NCBI GenBank assembly: GCA_032718475.1
Contig: JAUCBJ010000560.1
Coordinates: forward strand, 1-37,899
Origin: Nemertoderma westbladi
Lineage: Eukaryota > Animalia > Xenacoelomorpha
Reading direction: 5' to 3'
Length of the DNA: 37,899 bases
Shown: piece after piece, positions 1-10,800 of the stretch
Numbering within the stretch: the stretch's first letter is position 1
Layout of the letters: the number at the start of each line of letters is the position of its first letter
Notes under the pieces: model-generated
What the model was told of the DNA's origin: nothing
The model's database searches: none
What the model saw: only the letters and a program-made list of their open reading frames with translations
Program-made: the position numbers and the translations under genes

Positions 1-240
1 CCAACCTAACCCTTGATGGATGTACCTGTACACTGTACAGTATACGTGAAGTTTATCATGTATTACAATGTATTAAGCCCGTACCGTAACGCTATATTAT
101 ACTGGCTAATAAGTAGTTTCAGTTTGATAATGTACCTACTGGTCAGTACTGCGGTCCCCTATTCTTTACTAGTGCCCACTCCCGGCAGGCATAAGGCTGC
201 ACGATAAATAGGCTACCGGTACCGGTAATAACTCCCAGCA

Positions 241-1136
241 ATGTCGGAATACAATAAATTTATCGAACTATATAGAAAGTCGCATAGCGAGTTATCTAGA
301 GAGAAGCAATTCCGAAAGGGGCAAGAAGAATGGAACTTGCTCAAAAAAGATAAAGCGGCCCTGTTGGCCAAGAAATCACAATTACAAGAATTGGTACACC
401 GCCAATCAGCCGCCAATCGCCGATAAATGCATGGCATATGTTCCAAACTTATTCGATTGGCGCCACAGAGTCCAGCGCATGTGGTGCTGCAGAATCCACA
501 GAGACAGGTCAACCTGCCTCTGCCATACGAGGTGCATTGACAGCATCGCCTCAGATCATGGAGTCTGCCTCCCCCCAGATCATAGAATCTGCCTCCCCTG
601 AGGTCATAGAGTCTGCATTGCCAGGTGAAATAGAGTCTGCAATGCATGTTACCACGTCGGATTCTGAAAAGCCTAGAAACTTGGAAACCCCAGCTCGTGA
701 TAGGATTGAGGGAGAAATTACAATGGATGAGAAAAGACTACTAACTATGTTGGATTGCCGTTCGTCGGGGTTATCCAATGTGACAACGCGCGATATAGAA
801 ACTCAAAAAATTGAAAATAAAGGCTTCAAAAAGGAAACTTAATGCACTCGTAAATGATGCAAAGAGGAAAAAGAAGGCTCGGGATAGAATGAGGGACGCA
901 ATACTACAAATTCGCAAGGAATTACCAGAAAGTAATAAGATATTCAACAAAGTAAGGGAAAAGAAAGGCCGACCTTCACTACAGACTGACCAACCTGAGC
1001 TTCTAAAGGCTATAATTAATATAGTGCTGCAGTCAACCGCTGCAGATGATCGCCGTCGTACAAATACTTTGAGAACAGTTACTACCATAGATGATCTGCA
1101 TGAGGAACTAATGAAGCTAGACTTCAAATTATCTAG
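241..1136 (+). pseudogene. Zator-superfamily DNA transposase, exon 1 (disrupted)
   Basis: Three consecutive frames (241-426, 438-842, 811-1136) read as one protein broken by a stop/frameshift near 424-437 and a frameshift at the A-run near 805-810. It ends in GRPSLQTDQPELLKAII..AADDRRR..TIDDLHEEL..FKLSR at a splice donor AG|GTTAGT. Confidence 0.7.
543..641 (+). repeat. 24-bp coding tandem repeat, 4 copies
   Basis: SPQIMESA/SPQIIESA/SPEVIESA/LPGEIESA in ORF 438-842. Confidence 0.8.
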
Positions 1137-1649
1137 GTTAGTCACAATTACAGTTTTACCATATTACATTTACGCTCATTAGCGGCCTATGGCTGTGGTG
1201 TCCCGCCCCGTTGCACCAAAATAGCCATTTTTTATAGCCTTTTTTTAATTATCTTAATTAATATTAATATTTTAATTAATATTCCATAAATAAACCCCTT
1301 GTTAACTTGTAAAGACCTGGGGTTTAATATACTAAAGAACCTGTCGTTTTTGCAAGTGACAACCCTAGGTTATTTTAGTACTGAAAATTGCCAGTTTCTT
1401 AGAAAAACTTCTGGTTATTTTGTCCCGAGATTAATCCAGAGGTTTAACGAGAAACTGGCAGTTTTTTAAAAAATAACCACAGGTATGTTTTTTCAGTGTA
1501 GGTAAGTCACATTATTCACAGATGACGACGATCCAAGTATTTGATATCCGTCTCTGTCTGTTTTATGGTGTATTAGTGTTACAGTGTAAATGTATATACG
1601 TAGAAAGTATAAAATAATTAGGTATAAAAAAAACTATATGTTTTTACAG
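1137..1649 (+). other. Spliceosomal intron of the Zator transposase
   Basis: GTTAGT donor at 1137 and TTTTTACAG acceptor ending at 1649. Splicing restores LSR-SALYIRLLPR in frame. Confidence 0.75.
1381..1498. repeat. Small imperfect foldback (MITE-like remnant) inside the intron
   Basis: TGCCAGTTTCT/AGAAACTGGCA and AAACTTCTGG/CCAGAGGTTT arms; outer CTGAAAA/TTTTCAG. Confidence 0.5.
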
Positions 1650-1962
1650 ATCTGCCTTATATATCCGCCTACTTCCACGTCGCTGTAATTCAAAGGAAGG
1701 AAAGCGACATGTTTCCACAGTCCCAGTAAAACTGCTGCGTCCCGAGTCAAACCTTCGTAAACGAAATATCGACCGCCAGTTTGCTGCCTCCTTCGTACAA
1801 GATCTCCACGAGGTGTGTTGTTTATTTGGAGGTACAGCAGTGACATTCATGTCCATTGATGATAAGGCCCGAATTCCAATTGGTCTAACTGCAGCCAACT
1901 CTCAAGCTCCACTAGCAATGCATATGGAATATCGGGTGCGCCTTCCTGACCATGATTTTGTC
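1650..1962 (+). pseudogene. Zator transposase exon 2, truncated after the first catalytic Asp region
   Basis: SALYIRLLPRRCNSKEGKRHVSTVPVKL...SIDDKARIPIGLTAANSQAPLAMHMEYRVRLPDHDFV. The DDKA...HDF pattern is that of Zator/TP36 (ISAzo13-related) transposases. The remainder is absent from the window. Confidence 0.75.
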
Positions 1963-4900
1963 CGAATGCCGAATGGGGCGACGAGTTTTCCCAGGTGGTT
2001 CGAGTTCGACTACGACGTCGATTCTGCCGAATGGGGCGACGAGCCTACCGGGCGCCGGCGGTCCCACTATGACGTCGATTCTGCCGAATGGGGCGACGAG
2101 TTTACCCGGTGGTTCGACGTCGCGGTTACCTGGTGTTTCGACGACGTTTCAGCCAAATGGGGCGACGAGTTTACCCGGTGGGTCAACGACGAGTTTACGC
2201 GGTGGGTCAACGACGAGTTTACCCGGTGGTTCGACGACGAGTTTACCCGGCGTTTCGACGACGATTCCGCCAAATGGGGCGACGAGTTTACCCGGCGGTT
2301 CGATGACGAGTTTACCCGGTGGTTCGACGACGAGTTTACCCGGTGGTTCGACGACAAGTTTACCCGGCGGTTCGACGACAATTCTGCCGAATGGGGCGAC
2401 GAGTTTACCCGGCGGTTTGACGACAACTCTGCCAAATGGGGCGACGAGTTTACCCGGTGGTTCGACGACGAGTATTCCAGGTGGTTTGACAACGAGTTTA
2501 CACGACGGTTTGATGACAATACTGCCGAATGGGGCGATGAGTTTACCAGGTGGTTCGTCGACGAGTTCACCTGGCGTTTCGACGACGATTCCGCCGAATG
2601 GGGCGACGAGTCTACCTGGTGGGTCAACGACGAGTTTACCCGGTGGGTCAACGACGAGTTTACCCGTTGGTTCGACGACGAGTTTACCCGGCGTTTCGAC
2701 GACGATTCCGCCAAATGGGGCGACGAGTTTACCCGGTGGTTCGACGACGAGTTTACCCGGTGGTTCGACGACGAGTTTAACCGGTGGTTCGACGACAAGT
2801 TTACCCGGCGGTTCGACGACAATTCTGCCGAATGGGGCGACGAGTTTACCCGGCGGTTTGACGACAACTCTGCCAAATGGGGCGACGAGTTTACCCGGTG
2901 GTTCGACGACGAGTATTCCAGGTGGTTCGACAACGAGTTTACACGACGGTTTGACGACAATACTGCCGAACGGGGCGACGAGTTTACCAGGTGGTTCGTC
3001 GACGAGTTCACCTGACGTTTCGACGACGATTCCGCCGAATGGGGCGACGAGTCTACCTGGTGGTTCGACGACGAGTTTATCCGGTGGTTCGACGACGAGT
3101 TTACCCGGTGGTTCGATGACGAGTATTTCAGGTGGATCGACGACGAGTGTACCCGGTGGTTCGAAGACGAGTTTACCCAGTGGTTCGACGACGAGCTTAC
3201 CCGGTGGTTCGACGACGCGGTTACCCGGTGGTTCAACGACGATTCCACCAAATGGGACTACGAGTTTACCCGGCGGGTCGACGACGATTCCGTCAAATGG
3301 GGCTACGAGTTTACCCGGTGGTTCGACGACGATTCCGCCAAATGAGGTTATGAGTTTACCCGGCGGTTCGACGACGATTCCGCCGAATGGTGCGACGAGT
3401 TTACCCCGCGGTTCGACGACGATTCCGCCAAATGGGACTACGAGATCACCAAGCGGTTCGATAACGATTCCGCCGAATGGGGCGACGAGTTTACCCGGTG
3501 GCTCGACGACGATTCCGCCAAATGGGGTTATGAGTTTACCCGGCGGTTTGACGACGATTCCACCGAATGGTGCGACGAGTTTACCCCGCGGTTCGACGAC
3601 GATTCCGCCAAATGGGACTACGAGATTACCAAGCGGTTCGATAACGATTCCGCCGTATGGGGTTACGAGTTTACCCGGCGGTTCGATGACGATTCCGCCA
3701 AATGGGGTTACGAGTTCACCCGGCGGTTCGACGACGATTCCGCCGAATGGTGCGACGAGCTTACCTGGCGGTTCGACGACGAGTTTACCCGACGGGTCGA
3801 CGATGAGTTTACCCGGCAGTTCGACGACGACTCTGTCGCATGGGGCGACGAGTTTACCCTGTGGATCGACGACGAACTTACCTGGCAGTCTGACGACGAG
3901 TTTACCTGGCGGTTTGACGACATACACCCTCCTGGACCAGGTAGGCCCGGGAAACCAGACAGCCGATGACCTGGTCCAGAGGTGTCTTCCTGAAAACTGG
4001 AACGACAACTTTAATATGATAGTCTCAGGATCTGATCCATCTACGGGTAAGATGACGACTCCAATGTCCCCACCAATCTCGACCACCACAAACTCTGTGA
4101 ATAACGCTATTATGGTTGAGGACCCAGCAGATGGTGGTAGCTGGTGCAATAGGACGACTACTACACCTATCCATATGAAACCACCCCATTCTGGCGGCGT
4201 TTACAATACTGCACACCCAAGCTGGTTAGGCCCGGGTAACCATACAGCCAATGACCCGGCTCGGGTGCGTCAGGAAAGCACAAACAATGGCTCCAAGTTT
4301 GGCGCTGGTACTAGCCCTATCCCAGTTACAAATACAAACTTTTTGGTGCGTATACCTAATAATATTTCTATATTTACTAGTTATAGTAACTGTGTTACCA
4401 CTACTATATCAGCAGCCAAACAACCACTGGTAAGTACAGCTGTTCGCCGAGCTAAGAGGGGTCCTGGTTACTGGCAGCAGCTTGGGAAGAAATGCCAGGC
4501 AACCAGACCGCATACCAGGAGCCAAGGTGCCCTTCCTAAGACAATACCCTACAATCCCAGACAGGTTAATGACTCACCAGACGCAATAGAACCTAATAGA
4601 GCAATAGAGCCGATTGCAGATCAAAATGATGTGAATGCAGATCAAGGTGCAGCCGCAACCAGCGACCCACCTTCTCCAGTGTCTATAACAGTGAGTGATG
4701 GTTTCTCTTTGACGCAGCCTGGTCAGCTGATCCCAGATTGCCCACCATTCATGGATATATCAGAGAGTGGATTAGAGCGACTTAGCGGACAAGGTAAGGT
4801 TGACATACTAAAGGAAGCATTCATCTCTGAGGTGGTCGACAATGATGTTTATCTGGGAGGAAATGAACCTGATGCTGCCTCCTGCAACTGCGTTTCTCAG

Positions 4901-7834
4901 GGGGATGCTAATACATGCTCAGAGGTGGCAAATTTGCAGGGACCAGAGGAGAACTATGGGGACCACATGTGTTCCAATTCTATTCAAGGTGCAGTAACTG
5001 GGCAGGAGACACTGATACACAGAGTGGATGACCTCCAGGATGACCTCACCTGGAAGCCCAGATATATCACCATAAATGCATACCCACGCCCAAAAGAAAA
5101 TGAGACAATGTCCAAGATCACCGACTTCTATCATCCAACAACCAAGGATGTTACATTTATACTCGATCCAGAAGTGGAAGAATTCCAACCTGCCGCACTG
5201 GTGACAAACACATATCCACAGGATGTATCAGAGCTCCCTCTGTCTCAGCAAGAGGAGCTAATGAGTCTGTTTCCTGATAGTGATGATAAGTCCTGTCCCT
5301 TGGCTATCATAAAGGCTATAACGAAACCACGGCGCCCAGGACACAGGATATACATCCCTCCATCTTGGAAGGATCTTCAATCACTTAAAGGGGACAGTTA
5401 TTTGAGCGATACTATTGTGGATGCATTTTTCACATTGTTGGAAAGGCAGATTCATGGTGTAGTAACTATTCCCATAGAATTTGCAAGGAAACTACACCAG
5501 CAAAGCTATGATCTAGCTGCAGCAGTTAGATATGTCACCAGCAATTCAAGTATTCATGAAAATAACATGCTGTTGATACCAGACATTCACAAAAAACACT
5601 TCACACTGCACATTGCTGACCCAAGTAAAAGGGAAGTTTTCACACTAGATTCATTAAATGAGACATCAACAGTACCAGCTACAATAGCAGGTAGCATTGC
5701 AAAAATTTTGAACTTGATAAGTTCTGCCTCGGAGAATGACACCTCAAAGAGATGGGTGCCAACTAATATAAAGCGACCTTTCCCAGGGCAATCCAATCAT
5801 CATGATTGTGGGGTCTATGTCTGCATGTATGGCTTGTCTTTATCAATGAACTGGAACTCTTTATGCCCTTTTCACAAGGACAGCAGTAAAGTACGGAAAT
5901 GGCTAGGAAAGTGTTTAGAGGATGCTTGCATCCATGATTACCAGGGGTCTAGAATATTAGTCCCCATTCCTGCTGAATTAAATTCTCCTTCTGATAAGGA
6001 TAGTCTAAATAAAACACAGTGTGCCCTTGCTCAGCCATACCAATCAGTGAAGATGGCTCTTACATCTAATAGGAGAGAGATCAAGCACCCTTGTAAGCCA
6101 ATTAATAGCCATACAGTGAAACCTGCAGATGCAAATCCATGGATTGAATTTGACAAAATTACCACATCAGATGAATTCCTAGAGGTTGTACGTAAGCTAA
6201 AACTTATCCAAAATCCAAAAGAAGTATTTGCAAAGTCATTGACCTCTCTTGGTCTAGAGGCACTAACAAAATTTCAAAAGCTTCTCTTCAAAGACATAGC
6301 ACATAAAATTTTAGGTGAATCAAGTGGTTTGAACTTTCAGCTGATCAACAGAAGATCGATAGATGAAGCAGCGCTAGATGTTGCGGAATTTGCTATATGT
6401 TATGAAGAAAGGGCCCTATCAAACAGCTTCAAGAAACGAGTAAATGTGTCCAATGTGGACTCTCTTGGCTTTCTTCAACTTCTTGAACTGACAACAAATC
6501 TTCAGATCGAGGTTAAAACCCTCAAAGCAGAGAATAGCAATGCTATTGCTAGGATTGAGTCTCTAGAAGCTGCATTAACTCTAATACTCTCAGACAGTTC
6601 GCGGACAACTATCAAGAATGCATGTACACCCTTACAACTAGCAAAAGATGCCAATATTAAAACACACCCTAAAAAGAAGAAAATATCTCATAAACATGAT
6701 AAACATGCTGGAAGCGGTAGTGGCAATAAAGGGGAAAATAATAAACAAGCAAATAAGGTAGAGCTAAATACAAACAATAAAAATGCCAAAGAACCTTCAC
6801 TGATTTGCAGTAATGCTAGGCAATATAAGAATATTGTAACGGGAAAAGAGGCAAATGAAAAGGAGTATGTATATCCATCTATTGACAACCCTAAATCCAT
6901 AGATCAAGTCTTGACAAGTGATCGGACTTGGAGAACCCCAATAAACCCGAGTCATCCAACAAATGATATAAATACAAAACATGATTACATAAAGACTAGC
7001 AATTTGTATGAGGATCTGGATACCGATGAAAAGCTTGCATTCCTGCTTGAAAATCAAACAAACTTTTTGGAGAAGCTAGATTCTAGTGACTGGTATCAGA
7101 ATCCTGCGAACAGGCATAATACCGACAGAATGTTAGGTAATAATATAAAGGCCGTGTCTCCAAGTGATACATGCAAGGTTAGGGTATATGGGTTGCCAAA
7201 AAACACCTCTCTGGAATCACTTTCATGTTTTTGCTACTCACAAATTGGGTGTACTCCCATAAGTGTCCAAATGGAAGACACAATGCCTGGAGAGAAGTTG
7301 GCTATTCTCACAATTGAACGTAGTACTCTGGAGAACTTTCTGCAACCATCACTTTGGCCTGGAGATAACATTTTTGTTGAACAGGTGGTGGGTACCTCAA
7401 TTAGTAAGGATAGATCTCTAACAAACCTAGCTGCTACTCCATCCCAAATTCATCATCACAGGAGAAAAACCCTCCTTCCTACACAAAAATTATTAGAAGC
7501 TCAAGTCCATGGGAATGCACACAGGCCTAGCTTCATGGATGAAAACGCATTCAAACCATTGAACAGGCCTAGGTTCATGGATGAAACCACATTCAAACCA
7601 TTTCATCCTATAAGGGAGCACGGAAAGTATAAAACTACAACTGCAATGCACTATACCCAATGTGTCCCAAAACAGGAGATTCAATTAGTCGGATATAGAT
7701 CTTCCAAACTTCGAAGTAGGGAGATTGGAAGATTCAATGACTGCTATGCTCTGGCTCAGAAATTTTATGATTCAAATAAATTTAACAAAACACAGACATA
7801 CCAAGGCAATCACCTGCAACATTGTCATTTTTAA
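1952..7834 (+). CDS. LINE ORF1: Ser/Thr/Pro/Gly repeat + Ulp1/SENP (C48) peptidase + coiled coil + RRM
   Basis: 1960-codon open frame. Protease motifs at ~5350-5930; heptads LTTNLQIEVKTLKAENSNAIARIESLEAAL (~6480-6580); RRM-like KVRVYGLP...FLQPSLWPGDNIFV (~7170-7385). The ATG at 1952 lies in Zator sequence, so the true start is uncertain. Confidence 0.85.
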   Translation: MILSECRMGRRVFPGGSSSTTTSILPNGATSLPGAGGPTMTSILPNGATSLPGGSTSRLPGVSTTFQPNGATSLPGGSTTSLRGGSTTSLPGGSTTSLPGVSTTIPPNGATSLPGGSMTSLPGGSTTSLPGGSTTSLPGGSTTILPNGATSLPGGLTTTLPNGATSLPGGSTTSIPGGLTTSLHDGLMTILPNGAMSLPGGSSTSSPGVSTTIPPNGATSLPGGSTTSLPGGSTTSLPVGSTTSLPGVSTTIPPNGATSLPGGSTTSLPGGSTTSLTGGSTTSLPGGSTTILPNGATSLPGGLTTTLPNGATSLPGGSTTSIPGGSTTSLHDGLTTILPNGATSLPGGSSTSSPDVSTTIPPNGATSLPGGSTTSLSGGSTTSLPGGSMTSISGGSTTSVPGGSKTSLPSGSTTSLPGGSTTRLPGGSTTIPPNGTTSLPGGSTTIPSNGATSLPGGSTTIPPNEVMSLPGGSTTIPPNGATSLPRGSTTIPPNGTTRSPSGSITIPPNGATSLPGGSTTIPPNGVMSLPGGLTTIPPNGATSLPRGSTTIPPNGTTRLPSGSITIPPYGVTSLPGGSMTIPPNGVTSSPGGSTTIPPNGATSLPGGSTTSLPDGSTMSLPGSSTTTLSHGATSLPCGSTTNLPGSLTTSLPGGLTTYTLLDQVGPGNQTADDLVQRCLPENWNDNFNMIVSGSDPSTGKMTTPMSPPISTTTNSVNNAIMVEDPADGGSWCNRTTTTPIHMKPPHSGGVYNTAHPSWLGPGNHTANDPARVRQESTNNGSKFGAGTSPIPVTNTNFLVRIPNNISIFTSYSNCVTTTISAAKQPLVSTAVRRAKRGPGYWQQLGKKCQATRPHTRSQGALPKTIPYNPRQVNDSPDAIEPNRAIEPIADQNDVNADQGAAATSDPPSPVSITVSDGFSLTQPGQLIPDCPPFMDISESGLERLSGQGKVDILKEAFISEVVDNDVYLGGNEPDAASCNCVSQGDANTCSEVANLQGPEENYGDHMCSNSIQGAVTGQETLIHRVDDLQDDLTWKPRYITINAYPRPKENETMSKITDFYHPTTKDVTFILDPEVEEFQPAALVTNTYPQDVSELPLSQQEELMSLFPDSDDKSCPLAIIKAITKPRRPGHRIYIPPSWKDLQSLKGDSYLSDTIVDAFFTLLERQIHGVVTIPIEFARKLHQQSYDLAAAVRYVTSNSSIHENNMLLIPDIHKKHFTLHIADPSKREVFTLDSLNETSTVPATIAGSIAKILNLISSASENDTSKRWVPTNIKRPFPGQSNHHDCGVYVCMYGLSLSMNWNSLCPFHKDSSKVRKWLGKCLEDACIHDYQGSRILVPIPAELNSPSDKDSLNKTQCALAQPYQSVKMALTSNRREIKHPCKPINSHTVKPADANPWIEFDKITTSDEFLEVVRKLKLIQNPKEVFAKSLTSLGLEALTKFQKLLFKDIAHKILGESSGLNFQLINRRSIDEAALDVAEFAICYEERALSNSFKKRVNVSNVDSLGFLQLLELTTNLQIEVKTLKAENSNAIARIESLEAALTLILSDSSRTTIKNACTPLQLAKDANIKTHPKKKKISHKHDKHAGSGSGNKGENNKQANKVELNTNNKNAKEPSLICSNARQYKNIVTGKEANEKEYVYPSIDNPKSIDQVLTSDRTWRTPINPSHPTNDINTKHDYIKTSNLYEDLDTDEKLAFLLENQTNFLEKLDSSDWYQNPANRHNTDRMLGNNIKAVSPSDTCKVRVYGLPKNTSLESLSCFCYSQIGCTPISVQMEDTMPGEKLAILTIERSTLENFLQPSLWPGDNIFVEQVVGTSISKDRSLTNLAATPSQIHHHRRKTLLPTQKLLEAQVHGNAHRPSFMDENAFKPLNRPRFMDETTFKPFHPIREHGKYKTTTAMHYTQCVPKQEIQLVGYRSSKLRSREIGRFNDCYALAQKFYDSNKFNKTQTYQGNHLQHCHF
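1967..3922 (+). repeat. CpG-rich coding minisatellite, 24-bp and 45-bp units with higher-order duplications
   Basis: Units ACGACGAGTTTACCCGGTGGTTCG (TTSLPGGS) and TTIPPNGATSLPGGS. A 441-bp block repeat (marker GAGTATTCCAGG at 2470 and 2911) and a 180-bp block repeat (~3434 and ~3614). Confidence 0.95.
5350..5930 (+). other. Ulp1/SENP-type cysteine protease domain within ORF1
   Basis: DLQSLKGDSYLSDTIVDAFF; LLIP...HFTL (His 5597); TLDSL (Asp 5648); QSNHHDCGVYVC (oxyanion Gln, Cys 5807). Confidence 0.85.
7521..7602 (+). repeat. 42-bp tandem duplication in the ORF1 C-terminus
   Basis: HRPSFMDENAFKPL / NRPRFMDETTFKPF. Confidence 0.85.
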
Positions 7835-10800
7835 ATCTCACAATGCAACAAAAGACATATTCACAGTCATGACCTTTAATAGCAATGGATATGTGAGATC
7901 ACAGGAATATATACGGAAACTATTAGCAAATGAGAAACCTGACATACTGGTAATTCAAGAACATTGGCTTTCTGCTAGGGAGGCTATTCACTTCCTAAAG
8001 CAGAAAGATCAGGTGCCAAAGGGGTACAAAGTGTATTACACCATAGCTGACGCCATGATGAGTCCTAAAGCAAGAGTTAGGGGAGAGGGGGGTGTAGCCG
8101 TGATGATAAGGGAGGACATAATGCCTCACACTTCAATGTTGAAATCAGGATCAGACAGAATGGTCGCCATAACTGTTAAAGGTTTATTGGATAAAGACCT
8201 TCTAATTATAGGTGCATATATGCCCTGTAATGGTGGGACAGGGGAGGACAGAGACAACTATATAAAGGTTGCAGCAATGTTGTCCACCATTATAGAAGAT
8301 GCAATTGAGAGTCGCATGGAAGTAATGATCATGGGAGATCTCAATGGTAATGTCATTAAATCAGATAATCCAAGAGAACAGACAAGCTATTCTGATTTTG
8401 GCACTCTATTCAATGAGAACATCACTGACACTTTTGATCTAAACCCAACCACAGTTGAATCACATGCACTGGGGCCACGTGCTACTTATAGATTTAGAAA
8501 TAAACTGGGCAAGGTAATCAGGCAATCTTTTATAGATCATATTGTAGTATCCAAAGACATGTTTGACAGCCTTTTGTTCACCAAAGTCTTCAATACTGAT
8601 GTTGATAATGTATCTGACCATGTCCCAGTATATTCAACCTTCTACACAAACCTTGCCCAAACCGCAGGGAACTTTAGAGGGACCGAGAGTAAATGGGCAA
8701 GACATAAGAGACCTGTATTTTTGTTTGGGAGAGCAACTCAGAGTGATATGGAAAATTATCAAGAGGAGGTATGTCGCTACTTGAAAATATTCTCCGATAG
8801 GACATCTGATGCAACACAGATCTTGAGGGAAGACTTAGAGCTCCGTGCCAAGGGATTGATCAATACTTTGTATGAAGCAGCTAGAAAGAACATCCCTCAT
8901 GTATTTCCAAGACACCATAAGGGACTTAGGAACCGGCAAAATATAAGACCACTGGATCACTATTGGCACTCAATGAAAGGGAAGATAACAATGGTTGATA
9001 GGGATGATGGGAATCCTTATATATCACTGCTAGAAAACAAAAGAATGAGGCACCGAGCAGAGAATCATACATACTGGCAACATATAAGGAATTTGGCCAA
9101 TGACTGTCGTTCGAATCGCAACAGATTTTGGTATAAATTGAAGTCAGAAAACAGGGTTGCTAAGACTGATGTCCATAGGGACCAACTTTACTCGGACTAT
9201 ATGGAAAGATTCAGCATAAAGAGTATTCATAATCAAGATCATCATGACAATTTGCTTATATTGGGAACTGAACATGAACCTTCTGGAAATTTAGTAAATG
9301 CAGCTGATGTGGATACTGCCATAAAATCACTCAATAAAGGCAAAGCGTCAGATAGCAATTCTCTTAAGGCCGAACATCTCCTTTACAGTCGGTCAAATGA
9401 GCTCCATGGGTTCCTAGCAGATTTATATAATGATATAATGGCCACTGGCTACTTTCCCAAATGTTTATGTACAAGCATTCTGATGCCGCTTCTCAAAAGT
9501 GAGGATCGAGACAAGCATCAGACAGGGAGTTATAGAGGTGTCTCGATTATTTCAATCTTGGCTAAAGTGTGGGAGATTCTGGTCTCAGAAAAGGTCCGTA
9601 ACATAAAAACGAGTAACCTACAAATGGGATACAAATCAAAACTAAGTACAGAGATATCATATGCAGTAGCAACAAATCTGATCCGGTACTTCAATGAAGG
9701 GGGTTCAAATGTCTACATGGTTTCACTTGATTTGACAAGCGCATTTGATTCTGTCTCATACGAGAAACTAATGACAAAATTAGCAGAAACTACTCTTGAT
9801 GTAAGAATCATTCGAACACTATGCTCCTACTATAGCCAATCTGTAGCATTGATGAGGATAGGTAACAGTATCTCAAGGAAACCAATACCACTACGACGTG
9901 GAGTAAGACAAGGTGGTGTCTTATCATCAATCCTCTTTAACATATATCTTGATGACTTGTTCAACCTTATTGAATCAGCAGGTTTTGGGCTGCATATAAA
10001 TAGGGAAGCATACTCAATCTTAGGCTATGCCGATGATGTCCTACTCCTAGCTAACATGGGAACTGATATTCAGAAGATGCTATACTTATGTGAACAATAC
10101 TTTAAAGAGCATGACCTGGTCATCAATTTTAAGAAGACACATTATGTAATATGCCCATTCTCAGCACGAGCAGATATGGGCAAATCAGAAAGCATACACA
10201 CTGGGAGTGGTGCAAAGTTACAGGCAGTTTCAAAATGTATATACTTAGGGCTGCCTTTGCCACCATCAAGACAGAACATAAGTGACTACTTTACAAGGAA
10301 GATATGGATGAATACATCCAGGATTAATATACGTGGCTTGGCTAGTGATGATGTGCCGCTGGATATTACTGCTTTGGTGTGGGGTGCCATATCCGCTCCA
10401 TCAATATTATATGGGTCACATATTATTGAGGGGGCACTAGGAGAATGTATTGGTCGGACCTGGCGTAAAGCGCAACGTTCTTTGTTACGCATGGGGAATT
10501 ACATATCAAATGATATCCTGCAGGCGCTCTTTAATGATCGAACATTTTCAACTATGGTAACACTTTCAAAGGCGAGGGTAATTTACTCCTGCATGAACTC
10601 TGGTAATGAGAAGGTTTATGGGTTGTTTAGCCACATTCTAACTCAACATCTTGCAGGTCAAATGTCTGTGCCGCTGTTTTCGGACTATTCCATAGGAGGT
10701 TGGAAGCTTGGTTTGCCACGACTGCAAGCTCTAGTAACCGGACGATACTGCCTTAAGTCAATCATTAAACGGATTGGAGGGACGGAGCTATGCTTTATGG

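Noticed and set aside
1967-3922. CRISPR-like array, or ice-nucleation-type octapeptide protein
   Set aside because: Units are contiguous with no unique spacers and no cas genes. A proline in every 8-mer and an intracellular ORF1 context argue against an ice-nucleation beta-solenoid.
2067-4149. Long antisense and alternative-frame ORFs (394 aa, 666 aa, etc.)
   Set aside because: By-products of a stop-poor repeat whose unit length is a multiple of 3; synonymous variation favours the ORF1 frame.
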